Of a stretch of DNA of 63,643 bases, positions 47,045-56,165 are shown one piece after another. Position 1 is the first letter of the stretch; every line of letters starts with the position of its first letter. The DNA lies in the NCBI GenBank assembly GCA_016927695.1, contig JAFGME010000037.1, positions 1 to 63,643 of the forward strand, written 5' to 3'. This stretch comes from Bacteroidales bacterium. GTDB lineage: Bacteria > Bacteroidota > Bacteroidia > Bacteroidales > JAFGHD01. A program made the translations under genes and the position numbers. The notes beneath the pieces were generated by a model. The model was not told the origin of the DNA. It ran no database searches and worked only from the letters and a program-made list of their open reading frames with translations.

Positions 47045-50000
47045 CTATTGCGGAACCTGTGACCCCTTTCCTGCATCCGGCGCCCAAAATTCAATCCTGT
47101 CGGTGTTGTCCACATTGCCATTCATATTGAAATCGCCCTGCAGGTAGCCTGAATTTCCAGACTGTGGCGCCCAAACTTCGGGTATGTCACCTGAAGTTAC
47201 CTTTCCGTCGCAGTTTCCGTCACCGGCAACCATACCCCAGATATCAGGGGCAAGCTGCTTATGTGCTACATTCCCCCCAAAAACCCTGGAGGCATCTGTC
47301 GAAAAATCATAGCTGAACCCAGACCCTGCTTGGGTTAATGGAAAAGCTGATATTACCGGCAGGTGATTTCTATGCCAGACTGTTGCAAACAGTTTATAGG
47401 AAAAACTTGCTGAAAATTTAAGCGGGCTTGTGCCATCCAATGACACAATCGAACCGTTCTGAGTAAGGAACCCCGCCTTTCTTCCAATCATCGTGCTATT
47501 GACGGCATCCTCAGCGGAAGGAGCATCCCGCAATTCTACAAGCACCCAGTCAATACAATGGTCGCCGGGAACCGCCGTAACGGCTTCTTTACCATTGTAA
47601 TTCCAAGGGCTGGCGCCGTAGGGCTGCATGAAAGGAATACATCCTGCCAGATTTAAATCATTTCGCATATTATGCGTAACAGGATCAAACCCGCCTTCAA
47701 GAAAAATGGTCAGATCCACTAGATACTCCTTAGATGCTGAATCGGGAAGAGTCCCTTCCGGATTGGAATATGACATACATGGACCCGTAAATGGCATCCC
47801 GTCAAGGCTTATATTGTTAAAAGTAACTCTTTTGCCCTCATCAATGGCCATATTCTGGCCAATGAAGCGAATGCGCACAATGAAATCAGGGTTGTTGTTG
47901 ACGTCAGATATTCCGGTAAAGTCAATATCATATAACAGATATGCGTCTGCAAGTGCAAAAGTATTGTATGGCAGGCCTGCGGAAGTCCACTCCGGTGCAC
48001 CGGAAACAGTTGAATAATCAATTTTCAGGCTATCGGCCGCCCCTTCATCCATAGCAGCAAAACGAAACACCAAATCCCGGAACCCTGTGCATGGAAGATG
48101 AAAAAAGAGGGTGTTTTCACCCCCGTCTCCTGTGAATGGCTGCCTGATTTGCACTGCACGCATATCTGAACTGGCAAACGGTATATTGTTATTGCCTTCA
48201 GGTCTGTAATTGGTAATGGTTGGGGCGTTTCGCCTTTCCATGGATGCCTTCCTCCAATTTGGATGGCCGTTAAAGAAGGGGTATCCAATGAGGGCTGAAT
48301 GAAATGCGAGAACAGATCCCGGAATCAATTCAAATGTCGGATCTAAGCATTTTAGAGGTGTGTCATTAGGAATGCCTGAACCAAAGAACCAGAAATGAAC
48401 CAACCGGCTTGTTGGTACTTCAGTGAATACTGCCGTAAGATTCAAACTCCCGGTTGGAGTAATCTCTAAAAGGGGAGAGTTAGTTTCAGATAAACCAATC
48501 CAGTGGCTGAAACCGTAGCCCGGTGCAGGAATGGCCTCCAGTTCAACAGGGATGCCCTCAAAATAAACGCCGGTCCATGGATAAGCTGTTTCGGGTACAC
48601 CGGGTGTTTTCGGAGTAATATGAATTGTGTTGATGCGGATGTGCCCGAAAAGAGCGTCATTTACATCCAGGGTAATAAACACATTGCTGTCAATATCAAA
48701 ATGATTCCGGATGTGCTGGCGCTGAATGGCAGGCCGCTGGTTACCAAAAGAAATCAAGGCATTTACCTGTGCTGCAGTAGCCGCATTTTTATTCCAGCGA
48801 TGGAAGTGCTCCGGAAGGTTGCTTTCCAGCGCCTGAAAGGCGGATGTTACAACCTCTTCAAAACGGGCAGGTACAAAAGTTGTATTCAAATGATCGGCAA
48901 AACGGTTGATGAAAAGGTTTTTGAAGCCCTCGTTTGTAAGCAGGCTTCGTAAAAATGCCGTTTTGTCGGGATGGCCGAAATTCCAGGGGGTAAATGTGCC
49001 TCCGCCCTCCGGATGAATTGCGTTCAGCAAATGATCGCCATCTACCCAATAAATCCTACCTGCCAGATCAAAATCCCAAACCATGGTTCTCCATTTTCCA
49101 TCGCCAAAGAATGTGCCTGACGGTTCCCTTGCACGCCAAAGTTTAAAGTGTTTTGAGCCATACCAGTCAACGTTATTGAGATAAATGAACATGACATTAT
49201 AATCAATATAGCTTTGCAGATCAAGCATTGTTTTCACCTGGCTGAAATTCTGCTCAATACTCATGTCGTTTTCCACAACAAAATTGTACATAAACCTGTA
49301 TAACAACAAATCTTCCTGTGTGCCAACCTCAATATGATTACTGGTACCCTGACCCCATACACCATTAAGAATTATTACATTCTCCGGATCAATGTTAAAG
49401 TTGTAGGCAATGTGATATTCATCCTGGTTATCGCGGATATACATCAGCCCCCAATACTCTCCATTGATATAATGTATTACCGGCCGGCTTCGTTGCACTC
49501 CTTCATAAACCGGTTCCATTAATCTGTGCGAGATGTGATCGTAGAGATGTGCCTGAACATTCCCCCCGGACCTTAAGGTGAATCTCTTAAACTGTTCCGA
49601 ACACAGATTTGGATTAGAACTGTTTTTCTCAGAAAAAAACGGATAGTTCACAATATTTTCATTATCATAAATATCCCTGGCATATAAACGCATACTTTTT
49701 AGCGGGCACCATCTTGAAGCTCCTCCATAAATACGTAAGCCCAAACCCTGGTTTATTGCAGGGAGGGAGTAGTTTTCTTCAAAAAATTCAATATGAGCGG
49801 GACATTCCCATTCTGATCCGCTTCTTAAATAGTTACCCTGTGGTCTGTAAGGGCTATTTGGGTGATTCACTCTCCACGCATCACAATCAATCCCGGCAAC
49901 ATAGATTCCGTTTTCATAATCAAATAAATCGCTTTCCTGCATATTGATGGACAATATTGGCAAACTAAAGTCATTGCCCATGGAATCATTGACAAAATAT

Positions 50001-50926
50001 GTGTTGGTTTCGACCTCGCTTGGAATAGCGCCCGTTTTGATGCTCTTCGCCCTAACTGTAATGGCCTTTCTTACCGGTGATGATGGGAAATAAAGTGGTA
50101 ACAGATCGTCGGTGGTTGAAATATGTGATAACTTATCCGGCTCATTTGACCGGTCATAAATTGAAATGCCACTTGCATAAATATGTGACTGATAAAAATT
50201 ATACAAAGTATCTCCAAATGGATCTCCGGGGTTCCGGGGGTAACTGTTTTTATAAGAATATATCGTAGCGTTGCTGCCCACGGGATTTGACCCGTCAAGG
50301 GTATAAACGATCGTGACTTCCGGATCAGGGTGGGCAAGATACAGTGTAAAGGGATACTGATAGAATCCTCCCGGATTGGAAAAATCAGGAGGAGAAAGGA
50401 TTTCAGTATAAGTTTGACTTGTATTGCTAAGGCCAGGTGTTGGTTCTGCAAAATAGAACCATGAGCCGTTTCCATCGGGATGCCTTCCAAAAGAAACATC
50501 GGTGGGTATCTGCGTGGGCTGAATTACGTCCATCAGGCTTCCGTCAGGGTAGGTTAGTAATATTTCTTCACCGGAAGAGCTAATGCTGAAATTAGTATGC
50601 AAAGGCATGCCGGGGGTGTTGCGGTCTTTTCCGGAAGCCCAAACCAGCATGAACTGACCCGGTTGAAGGCTGGTATCGGGAAAAACCCATTTGAAGAAAT
50701 TGTTGTAATCATCAGATATTCCATAATCCTTCAACAGAACAGGCCCGGAGCCAAAATTCACCAACTCGATCCAGTCTTCATAATCGTTATCTTCATCACA
50801 GATCGTACTGCAATTAGAAGACATTACTTCGTTGATGGCGATGCTTTGCGTATAAGCAACGAAAGGAACACATAAGACAAGAATGAGCGCCATCTTGCTT
50901 AAGGGTTTGTAAAAGACTTTTTTCAT
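47045..50926 (-). CDS. Secreted CotH-kinase family protein (LTD, chitobiase/FN3-like, CotH, B-repeat) with C-terminal EGP-HRNHL-dockerin-like module
   Basis: INEVMSSN...DWIEL, YTLDGSNP, YINGEYWG, NNVDW, WDFD; C-terminal LEGG...HRNHL...GDGNCDG...GDFNMNG. Confidence 0.88.
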   Translation of the reverse strand: MKKVFYKPLSKMALILVLCVPFVAYTQSIAINEVMSSNCSTICDEDNDYEDWIELVNFGSGPVLLKDYGISDDYNNFFKWVFPDTSLQPGQFMLVWASGKDRNTPGMPLHTNFSISSSGEEILLTYPDGSLMDVIQPTQIPTDVSFGRHPDGNGSWFYFAEPTPGLSNTSQTYTEILSPPDFSNPGGFYQYPFTLYLAHPDPEVTIVYTLDGSNPVGSNATIYSYKNSYPRNPGDPFGDTLYNFYQSHIYASGISIYDRSNEPDKLSHISTTDDLLPLYFPSSPVRKAITVRAKSIKTGAIPSEVETNTYFVNDSMGNDFSLPILSINMQESDLFDYENGIYVAGIDCDAWRVNHPNSPYRPQGNYLRSGSEWECPAHIEFFEENYSLPAINQGLGLRIYGGASRWCPLKSMRLYARDIYDNENIVNYPFFSEKNSSNPNLCSEQFKRFTLRSGGNVQAHLYDHISHRLMEPVYEGVQRSRPVIHYINGEYWGLMYIRDNQDEYHIAYNFNIDPENVIILNGVWGQGTSNHIEVGTQEDLLLYRFMYNFVVENDMSIEQNFSQVKTMLDLQSYIDYNVMFIYLNNVDWYGSKHFKLWRAREPSGTFFGDGKWRTMVWDFDLAGRIYWVDGDHLLNAIHPEGGGTFTPWNFGHPDKTAFLRSLLTNEGFKNLFINRFADHLNTTFVPARFEEVVTSAFQALESNLPEHFHRWNKNAATAAQVNALISFGNQRPAIQRQHIRNHFDIDSNVFITLDVNDALFGHIRINTIHITPKTPGVPETAYPWTGVYFEGIPVELEAIPAPGYGFSHWIGLSETNSPLLEITPTGSLNLTAVFTEVPTSRLVHFWFFGSGIPNDTPLKCLDPTFELIPGSVLAFHSALIGYPFFNGHPNWRKASMERRNAPTITNYRPEGNNNIPFASSDMRAVQIRQPFTGDGGENTLFFHLPCTGFRDLVFRFAAMDEGAADSLKIDYSTVSGAPEWTSAGLPYNTFALADAYLLYDIDFTGISDVNNNPDFIVRIRFIGQNMAIDEGKRVTFNNISLDGMPFTGPCMSYSNPEGTLPDSASKEYLVDLTIFLEGGFDPVTHNMRNDLNLAGCIPFMQPYGASPWNYNGKEAVTAVPGDHCIDWVLVELRDAPSAEDAVNSTMIGRKAGFLTQNGSIVSLDGTSPLKFSASFSYKLFATVWHRNHLPVISAFPLTQAGSGFSYDFSTDASRVFGGNVAHKQLAPDIWGMVAGDGNCDGKVTSGDIPEVWAPQSGNSGYLQGDFNMNGNVDNTDRIEFWAPDAGKGSQVPQ

Positions 50927-51063
50927 TTTTTTGATTTTTAAGATTTCCGTAAATAACCATATATTTCGGATTTTTTCAGGTGGCAGAATGCAATAATATG
51001 TTCAATGCAATGTATTCAAAGATACGATATTTTTTCCAAAAATGATTGATTATTTTTGCAACC

Positions 51064-52344
51064 ATGGAAAGAAAGATTAAAACACCCGAATGGGTTTATG
51101 GAAGGACTCTTTACGAAGTGAACACAAGACAGTTTACGCCCGGTGGCGCCTTCAGTGAATTCGAAAAACATCTGCCCCGGCTGAAAGATCTGGGCGTTGG
51201 CATCCTTTGGTTTATGCCCATCCATCCCATCGGTATAAAAAACAGAAAAGGAACTTTGGGAAGTTATTACTCCATCCGCGATTACAAGGGGGTAAACCCT
51301 GAATTCGGAAACCTGAATGAATTCAAAAACCTGGTTAAAAAAACGCACGGATTGGGAATAAAGGTCATTATCGACTGGGTGGCCAACCATACTGCCTGGG
51401 ACCATCACTGGACAAAGGACCATCCGGATTTTTACTCCCGGGATAAAAGCGGTGGCTTCAGGCCTCCATTTCCCGAATGGGAGGATGTGATTCACCTTAA
51501 TTATGATAACACGCAACTTTGGGAAGAAATGACAGAGGACATGTCTTTCTGGGTTCATGAGGCAGACATCGACGGATTCCGCTGCGATATGGCCCACCTG
51601 GTACGCACTCCTTTCTGGAACGAAGCCCGCCGTAAGCTTGACCGGATCAAACCCGTTTTTATGCTCGCCGAATCGGAAAACCACGACCTGCTGGAATATG
51701 CTTTTGATGCAATATACAACTGGAAGCTGCTCCATGCCATGAATGAGTTGGCGGCAGGAAAGACGGGGCCCGGTGAACTCCTGGAGAAAGCCCTGAACGA
51801 ACTGGGATATCTCCCGCCAGGAGCCTCTTTCCTGAATTTCACAAGCAATCATGACGAGAACTCCTGGCAGGGGTCAGCCATTGAAAGGCTTCATGATTTA
51901 CTGGAACCCCTCACCGCCTTTACCTTCATGTTGCCCGGAATTCCACTGATCTACAGCGGGCAGGAAGCGGGAAACAGAAAAAGGCTGAATTTTTTCGACA
52001 AGGATGAGATATCATGGGAAGCACACAAAATGTTTTCAGTGTACCGGGAACTTGCCTCCGTCAAATCAGGAAACCCACCCTTGGCAAATCATGAAAAGAT
52101 CAGTGTGGTGGAAAACGATGCTGAAAATGGTATCATTTCCTTCGAAACCGGTAACGGGAACAACAGGATGCTTGTGCTGATCAATCTCTCAGAGGAAACA
52201 AAAAGCTTCGTGATTCATTACAACGGGAACATGGATAAACTTCGAAACGTAATCACAGGAGAAACATTCTCAATATCAGGGCCTTCACCCCGGTTCAATC
52301 TAAATCCGCGTTCATATCAAATTCTGATTTACACGGGCCATTAA
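51064..52344 (+). CDS. GH13 alpha-amylase family protein
   Basis: YEVNTRQF, DWVANH, DGFRCDMA, MLAE, NHDEN; TATTTTTG promoter at 51051-51058 supports start 51064. Confidence 0.92.
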   Translation: MERKIKTPEWVYGRTLYEVNTRQFTPGGAFSEFEKHLPRLKDLGVGILWFMPIHPIGIKNRKGTLGSYYSIRDYKGVNPEFGNLNEFKNLVKKTHGLGIKVIIDWVANHTAWDHHWTKDHPDFYSRDKSGGFRPPFPEWEDVIHLNYDNTQLWEEMTEDMSFWVHEADIDGFRCDMAHLVRTPFWNEARRKLDRIKPVFMLAESENHDLLEYAFDAIYNWKLLHAMNELAAGKTGPGELLEKALNELGYLPPGASFLNFTSNHDENSWQGSAIERLHDLLEPLTAFTFMLPGIPLIYSGQEAGNRKRLNFFDKDEISWEAHKMFSVYRELASVKSGNPPLANHEKISVVENDAENGIISFETGNGNNRMLVLINLSEETKSFVIHYNGNMDKLRNVITGETFSISGPSPRFNLNPRSYQILIYTGH

Positions 52345-52386
52345 TATTCAATATTGCATAGTCTCCTCACATTGTGAGTGTTATGA

Positions 52387-53919
52387 TTACAAAACAGGGG
52401 TATTGGTTTTGCGGTTCGGATCGTCCGGGTCATTGACCAGTAAAGTTAAAAATCCGGCAATGATCATTGAAATGCCACCGAGAATGAGGGCGTAGATGGC
52501 ATATCCGCCGGCAATATGTCTGACAAAAAACCCTAAGATGCTTGCTGCAAGTATCTGGGGTATTACGATAAAAAAGTTAAAAATGCCCATATATACACCC
52601 AGTTTATTTTGCGGCAGCGAACCCGTGAGTATTGCATACGGCATAGCCAGTATACTTGCCCAGGCCAGACCCACTCCCAGCATCGACAGGATCAGTAAAT
52701 ACGGGGTATTGAAAAAGTACACCGAAATCAATCCCAAACCTCCTGCCACCAAAGCAATCAGGTGTGTGATTTTACGGCTTGTATATTTAGCCAGCACAGG
52801 AAGCAGGAAAGCAACAGCCGCTGCAAAGCCGTTGTAAACCGCAAACATGATCCCCACCCAGTTGGCTCCCTCGTTATAAAGATCGGAAGTCGAATCACTT
52901 GTACCGTAAACATGATTTGTAACAGCGGCAGTAGTGTAAATCCACATCGAAAAAAGTGCAAACCATGAAAAAAACTGCACTATAGCTAACTGCTTCATCG
53001 TCAGGGGCATCTTAAAGAGATCGTTGATGACCTCGACAAAACCATTGTTTTTATTTCCTGAGCGTATCATCGCTCCTGTCGCAAGCTGCACCAACCCGAA
53101 GGCCAGTAACCCGAAACCCAGGATGTACAGTTCGGCTTCGAACCTGTAATAATATACGAGGAAAGCGAGGATGGCTCCGCCGGATAGCCAGAATATACTG
53201 CTTTTAAGAAACCTTGAAGAGGGCAATACCTCATCGGCAGTTTTTTCCACTTCCCTTTGGGTGGCAGCAATTTCCTCAAAAGTTTTCAGCTCTTCAGGGG
53301 TATATTCTTTGGTGCGCAGCACAGTCCACAGCACGGCAAGAAAAAAGACCGCCCCTCCGATATAAAAGGAAAGCTTGACCGATGGGGGTATCTGCCCTTC
53401 AGGCGCCGTATTGGCAACATCCAGCCAGTTGGTCATAATGTAGGGCAGAGCCGATGCCACAACCGCCCCCGTACCGATGAAAAAGCTTTGCATGGCAAAA
53501 CCTTTGGTGCGCTGTTCTGATGGGAGCATATCCCCGACAAATGCCCTGAAGGGCTCCATGGAGATATTGATGGAGGCGTCCATAATCCAGAGCATGCCTG
53601 CCGCTACCCACAACGCCGGCGAATTGGGCATGATAAGCAAAGCTAAGGAAGCAAAAATTGCCCCCACGAGAAAATAGGGCCTCCTCCTGCCTAACCTGTT
53701 CCAGGTATTATCGCTCATGTGGCCGATGATGGGCTGAATGATCAGACCTGTGACCGGAGCAGCGATCCAAAGAATGGGAATATCGTCCACGCTGGCGCCC
53801 AGGGTTTCAAAAATCCGGCTTACATTGGCATTCTGCAGGGCAAATCCAAACTGAATCCCCAAAAATCCGAAACTCATGTTCCAGATCTGCCAGAAACTCA
53901 GGCGGGGTTTATGTGTCAT
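52387..53919 (-). CDS. MFS/GPH maltose-sucrose type transporter
   Basis: LSFWQIWNMSFGFLGIQFGFALQ, GRRRPYFL, MDASINISMEPFRA, MGIFNFFIVIPQI. Confidence 0.92.
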   Translation of the reverse strand: MTHKPRLSFWQIWNMSFGFLGIQFGFALQNANVSRIFETLGASVDDIPILWIAAPVTGLIIQPIIGHMSDNTWNRLGRRRPYFLVGAIFASLALLIMPNSPALWVAAGMLWIMDASINISMEPFRAFVGDMLPSEQRTKGFAMQSFFIGTGAVVASALPYIMTNWLDVANTAPEGQIPPSVKLSFYIGGAVFFLAVLWTVLRTKEYTPEELKTFEEIAATQREVEKTADEVLPSSRFLKSSIFWLSGGAILAFLVYYYRFEAELYILGFGLLAFGLVQLATGAMIRSGNKNNGFVEVINDLFKMPLTMKQLAIVQFFSWFALFSMWIYTTAAVTNHVYGTSDSTSDLYNEGANWVGIMFAVYNGFAAAVAFLLPVLAKYTSRKITHLIALVAGGLGLISVYFFNTPYLLILSMLGVGLAWASILAMPYAILTGSLPQNKLGVYMGIFNFFIVIPQILAASILGFFVRHIAGGYAIYALILGGISMIIAGFLTLLVNDPDDPNRKTNTPVL

Positions 53920-53973
53920 ATTGTAAAATTATGCAACCTTTCAGGGCAAAGAGATGGTTGTAAAACAGTGCGA

Positions 53974-56058
53974 TTAACTGCGGGCTTCCTCGTCCAGTAT
54001 CTTTATTTTTGCTGCCAGCACACCGATTTCTTCCCTTGTCTTTTCAATCTTCTTTTCGAACTCTGCCTTCAGCAAAGCAGCCTGTTTTGACTTGGCCAGG
54101 AAGCCCAGATTGTTTTCCCATAACATCACATCATCCTCTAACTGTTTCTTCTTGCTTATGAGGAAGTTCTTTTCATTGCTCATGATCCTCCTGGCATTGG
54201 GCTGCTCTTTGATGTTATCATACCGGTTTCTGAAACTCATGGTCTGAATCTCTGTATGGGAGATTTTAAGTTTATCCAACCGTGTGTTGACGGTTTCCCT
54301 GAATTCATTCTGAAGCCTCTCCTTTTCGGCTATGGGAACGTGCCCGACTTCCATCCATTGCCTTTGAAAATCTTTAAGCACATTCAGATTCTCGTTTTTG
54401 TCACTTCCAAACTCATATTCCCTGACCTTTGAAATGAGATCTTCCTTGATTTTCAGGTTTTCCTGTTCATTTTTTTCAACATTGCCGAAATACTCTGATT
54501 TCCTGTTGAAAAATTCATCGCATGCTGCCCTGAACCTCTTCCATATTTTATCGGAATGTTTCCGCGGCACCGGTCCGATACTTTTCCATTCCTGTTGCAG
54601 AGTAATGAAGTCGCGGCTGGTTTTTTTCCAGTCGGCGCTGTCTTTCATCCCTTCAGCCTGAATGCAAAGGTCAAGTTTACGGTTATAATTGTTAAGCTGC
54701 TCGTCTTTGATCTCATTAAAATACTCCTTTTTTACAGTGAAAAAGGCATCAAGAGAATTTTTGAATCTGGTCCATACCCCGTCGTTATATTTCCTGGGCG
54801 CCGGACCTATGCTTCTCCAGATTTTGAGCAGCTCTGACATTTTCTGCGTGTCTTCCTGCCACAATTTCAGTGTCCTTTCCTCTGTCCTCAGTATTTCTTC
54901 AGCCCGCTCACAAAGTTCGGTCTTGGCCGTTAAATTGCCCTTTTGCTCTTCTGCAAGCTGAATATAATGTTCTCTTCGCCGCTGGTTGATTTTCTCTGTG
55001 GCTGCCCTGAACCTTTCCCATATCTCATCTTTTTTATCCTCCGGGGCGGGCCCTATTTCCTTCCACTCCTCATGTAAGCGCTGAAGTTCTTTGAAAGATT
55101 TGATGATGGAATTTTCAATCAGAAGTTCTTCTGCTTTTTCGCATAAAGCCATCTTTGCCTCAAGGTTTTTCCTCAGGTCCAAATCCCTGAGTTCCTTGTT
55201 GATTTTGACTTTGTCGAAAAACTTCTCTACAAAAAAATGATAGCTCTGCCAAAGGTTATTTACTTCATTCCTGGGGATAACGCCAATCTTCTTCCACCTG
55301 TCCTGGAGCTCCCGGAATTCATCGTATGTTTTTTTCAGGGTTTCTTCTGAATCTATCAACGCTTTCAACTCTTCGAGGATAAGCTTTTTGGCCTCCAGGT
55401 TCTTTTTCTTCTGTTCTTCCAGCTCTTCGAGGTGTTTCTGGCGCATCGACCTGTATACTACAAATAATTCCTCAAACCTGCTGTCTGTTGGATCCGGTTC
55501 AGCCACAAAGGCATCAGGAGCGCCGCCGGCATCAACAAATTCATTCTTTAATTTCTTCTGAAGTTCTCTTGTTTTCCTGAGGTATGCCATCTTTATCTGG
55601 GCCACCTGGGCTTTGATCGGATCAACTTCACCTCCCTGTAACAGTTCATCCAATAAAACCAACAGTTCCTCACGTGACTTATCCGAATAAAACTCTTCTT
55701 TAGCGGCCGGTTTATCCTCTTCATGATAGTCGGGGTCGTCGTCAGCTCCACTGTCATCATCGTGGTCATCCTGAGGTGCTTCTGCTGAGGGTTCATCGGT
55801 TTTCTGACGTGGTCTTCCTCTCTTCCTGGGAGAGGTTGCTTCGGGCGCTTCTGCGGAAGGGGGTTGCGGCTCTTCCTCTCCGGTTTTGGATTCCTCCCCT
55901 GCGGCTTCCGTTTCCGTGGGCAGGGATTCATCGGTTTTCACCTCTGATGTTACACTTTCATTCACTTCTTCTTTTTCGGTTTGCCCTTCGGGGCCGGTGT
56001 TCTCCTCCGGAGTTTGTGTCATTTCCGGATTCTGATCGAGTTCTGCCTTGTTTTCCAT
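53974..56058 (-). CDS. DUF349 domain protein
   Basis: Acidic disordered N-terminus; repeated LQxxWKxIGPxP...IWxRF units; TATTTTTG promoter on minus at 56124-56131. Confidence 0.88.
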   Translation of the reverse strand: MENKAELDQNPEMTQTPEENTGPEGQTEKEEVNESVTSEVKTDESLPTETEAAGEESKTGEEEPQPPSAEAPEATSPRKRGRPRQKTDEPSAEAPQDDHDDDSGADDDPDYHEEDKPAAKEEFYSDKSREELLVLLDELLQGGEVDPIKAQVAQIKMAYLRKTRELQKKLKNEFVDAGGAPDAFVAEPDPTDSRFEELFVVYRSMRQKHLEELEEQKKKNLEAKKLILEELKALIDSEETLKKTYDEFRELQDRWKKIGVIPRNEVNNLWQSYHFFVEKFFDKVKINKELRDLDLRKNLEAKMALCEKAEELLIENSIIKSFKELQRLHEEWKEIGPAPEDKKDEIWERFRAATEKINQRRREHYIQLAEEQKGNLTAKTELCERAEEILRTEERTLKLWQEDTQKMSELLKIWRSIGPAPRKYNDGVWTRFKNSLDAFFTVKKEYFNEIKDEQLNNYNRKLDLCIQAEGMKDSADWKKTSRDFITLQQEWKSIGPVPRKHSDKIWKRFRAACDEFFNRKSEYFGNVEKNEQENLKIKEDLISKVREYEFGSDKNENLNVLKDFQRQWMEVGHVPIAEKERLQNEFRETVNTRLDKLKISHTEIQTMSFRNRYDNIKEQPNARRIMSNEKNFLISKKKQLEDDVMLWENNLGFLAKSKQAALLKAEFEKKIEKTREEIGVLAAKIKILDEEARS

Positions 56059-56165
56059 TCAGATAATCTTTACAAAATTATTTTAAGAATTCCTTTGCAG
56101 GATAAAGTTCGCTTTTCGGGTTGCAAAAATATAAATTATTTGTTTTCAGAGAAATTTTTAAAGCC

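Noticed and set aside
52366-52378. Bidirectional terminator between GH13 and MFS genes
   Set aside because: The CTCAC-ATT-GTGAG stem is short and lacks clear U-tracts.
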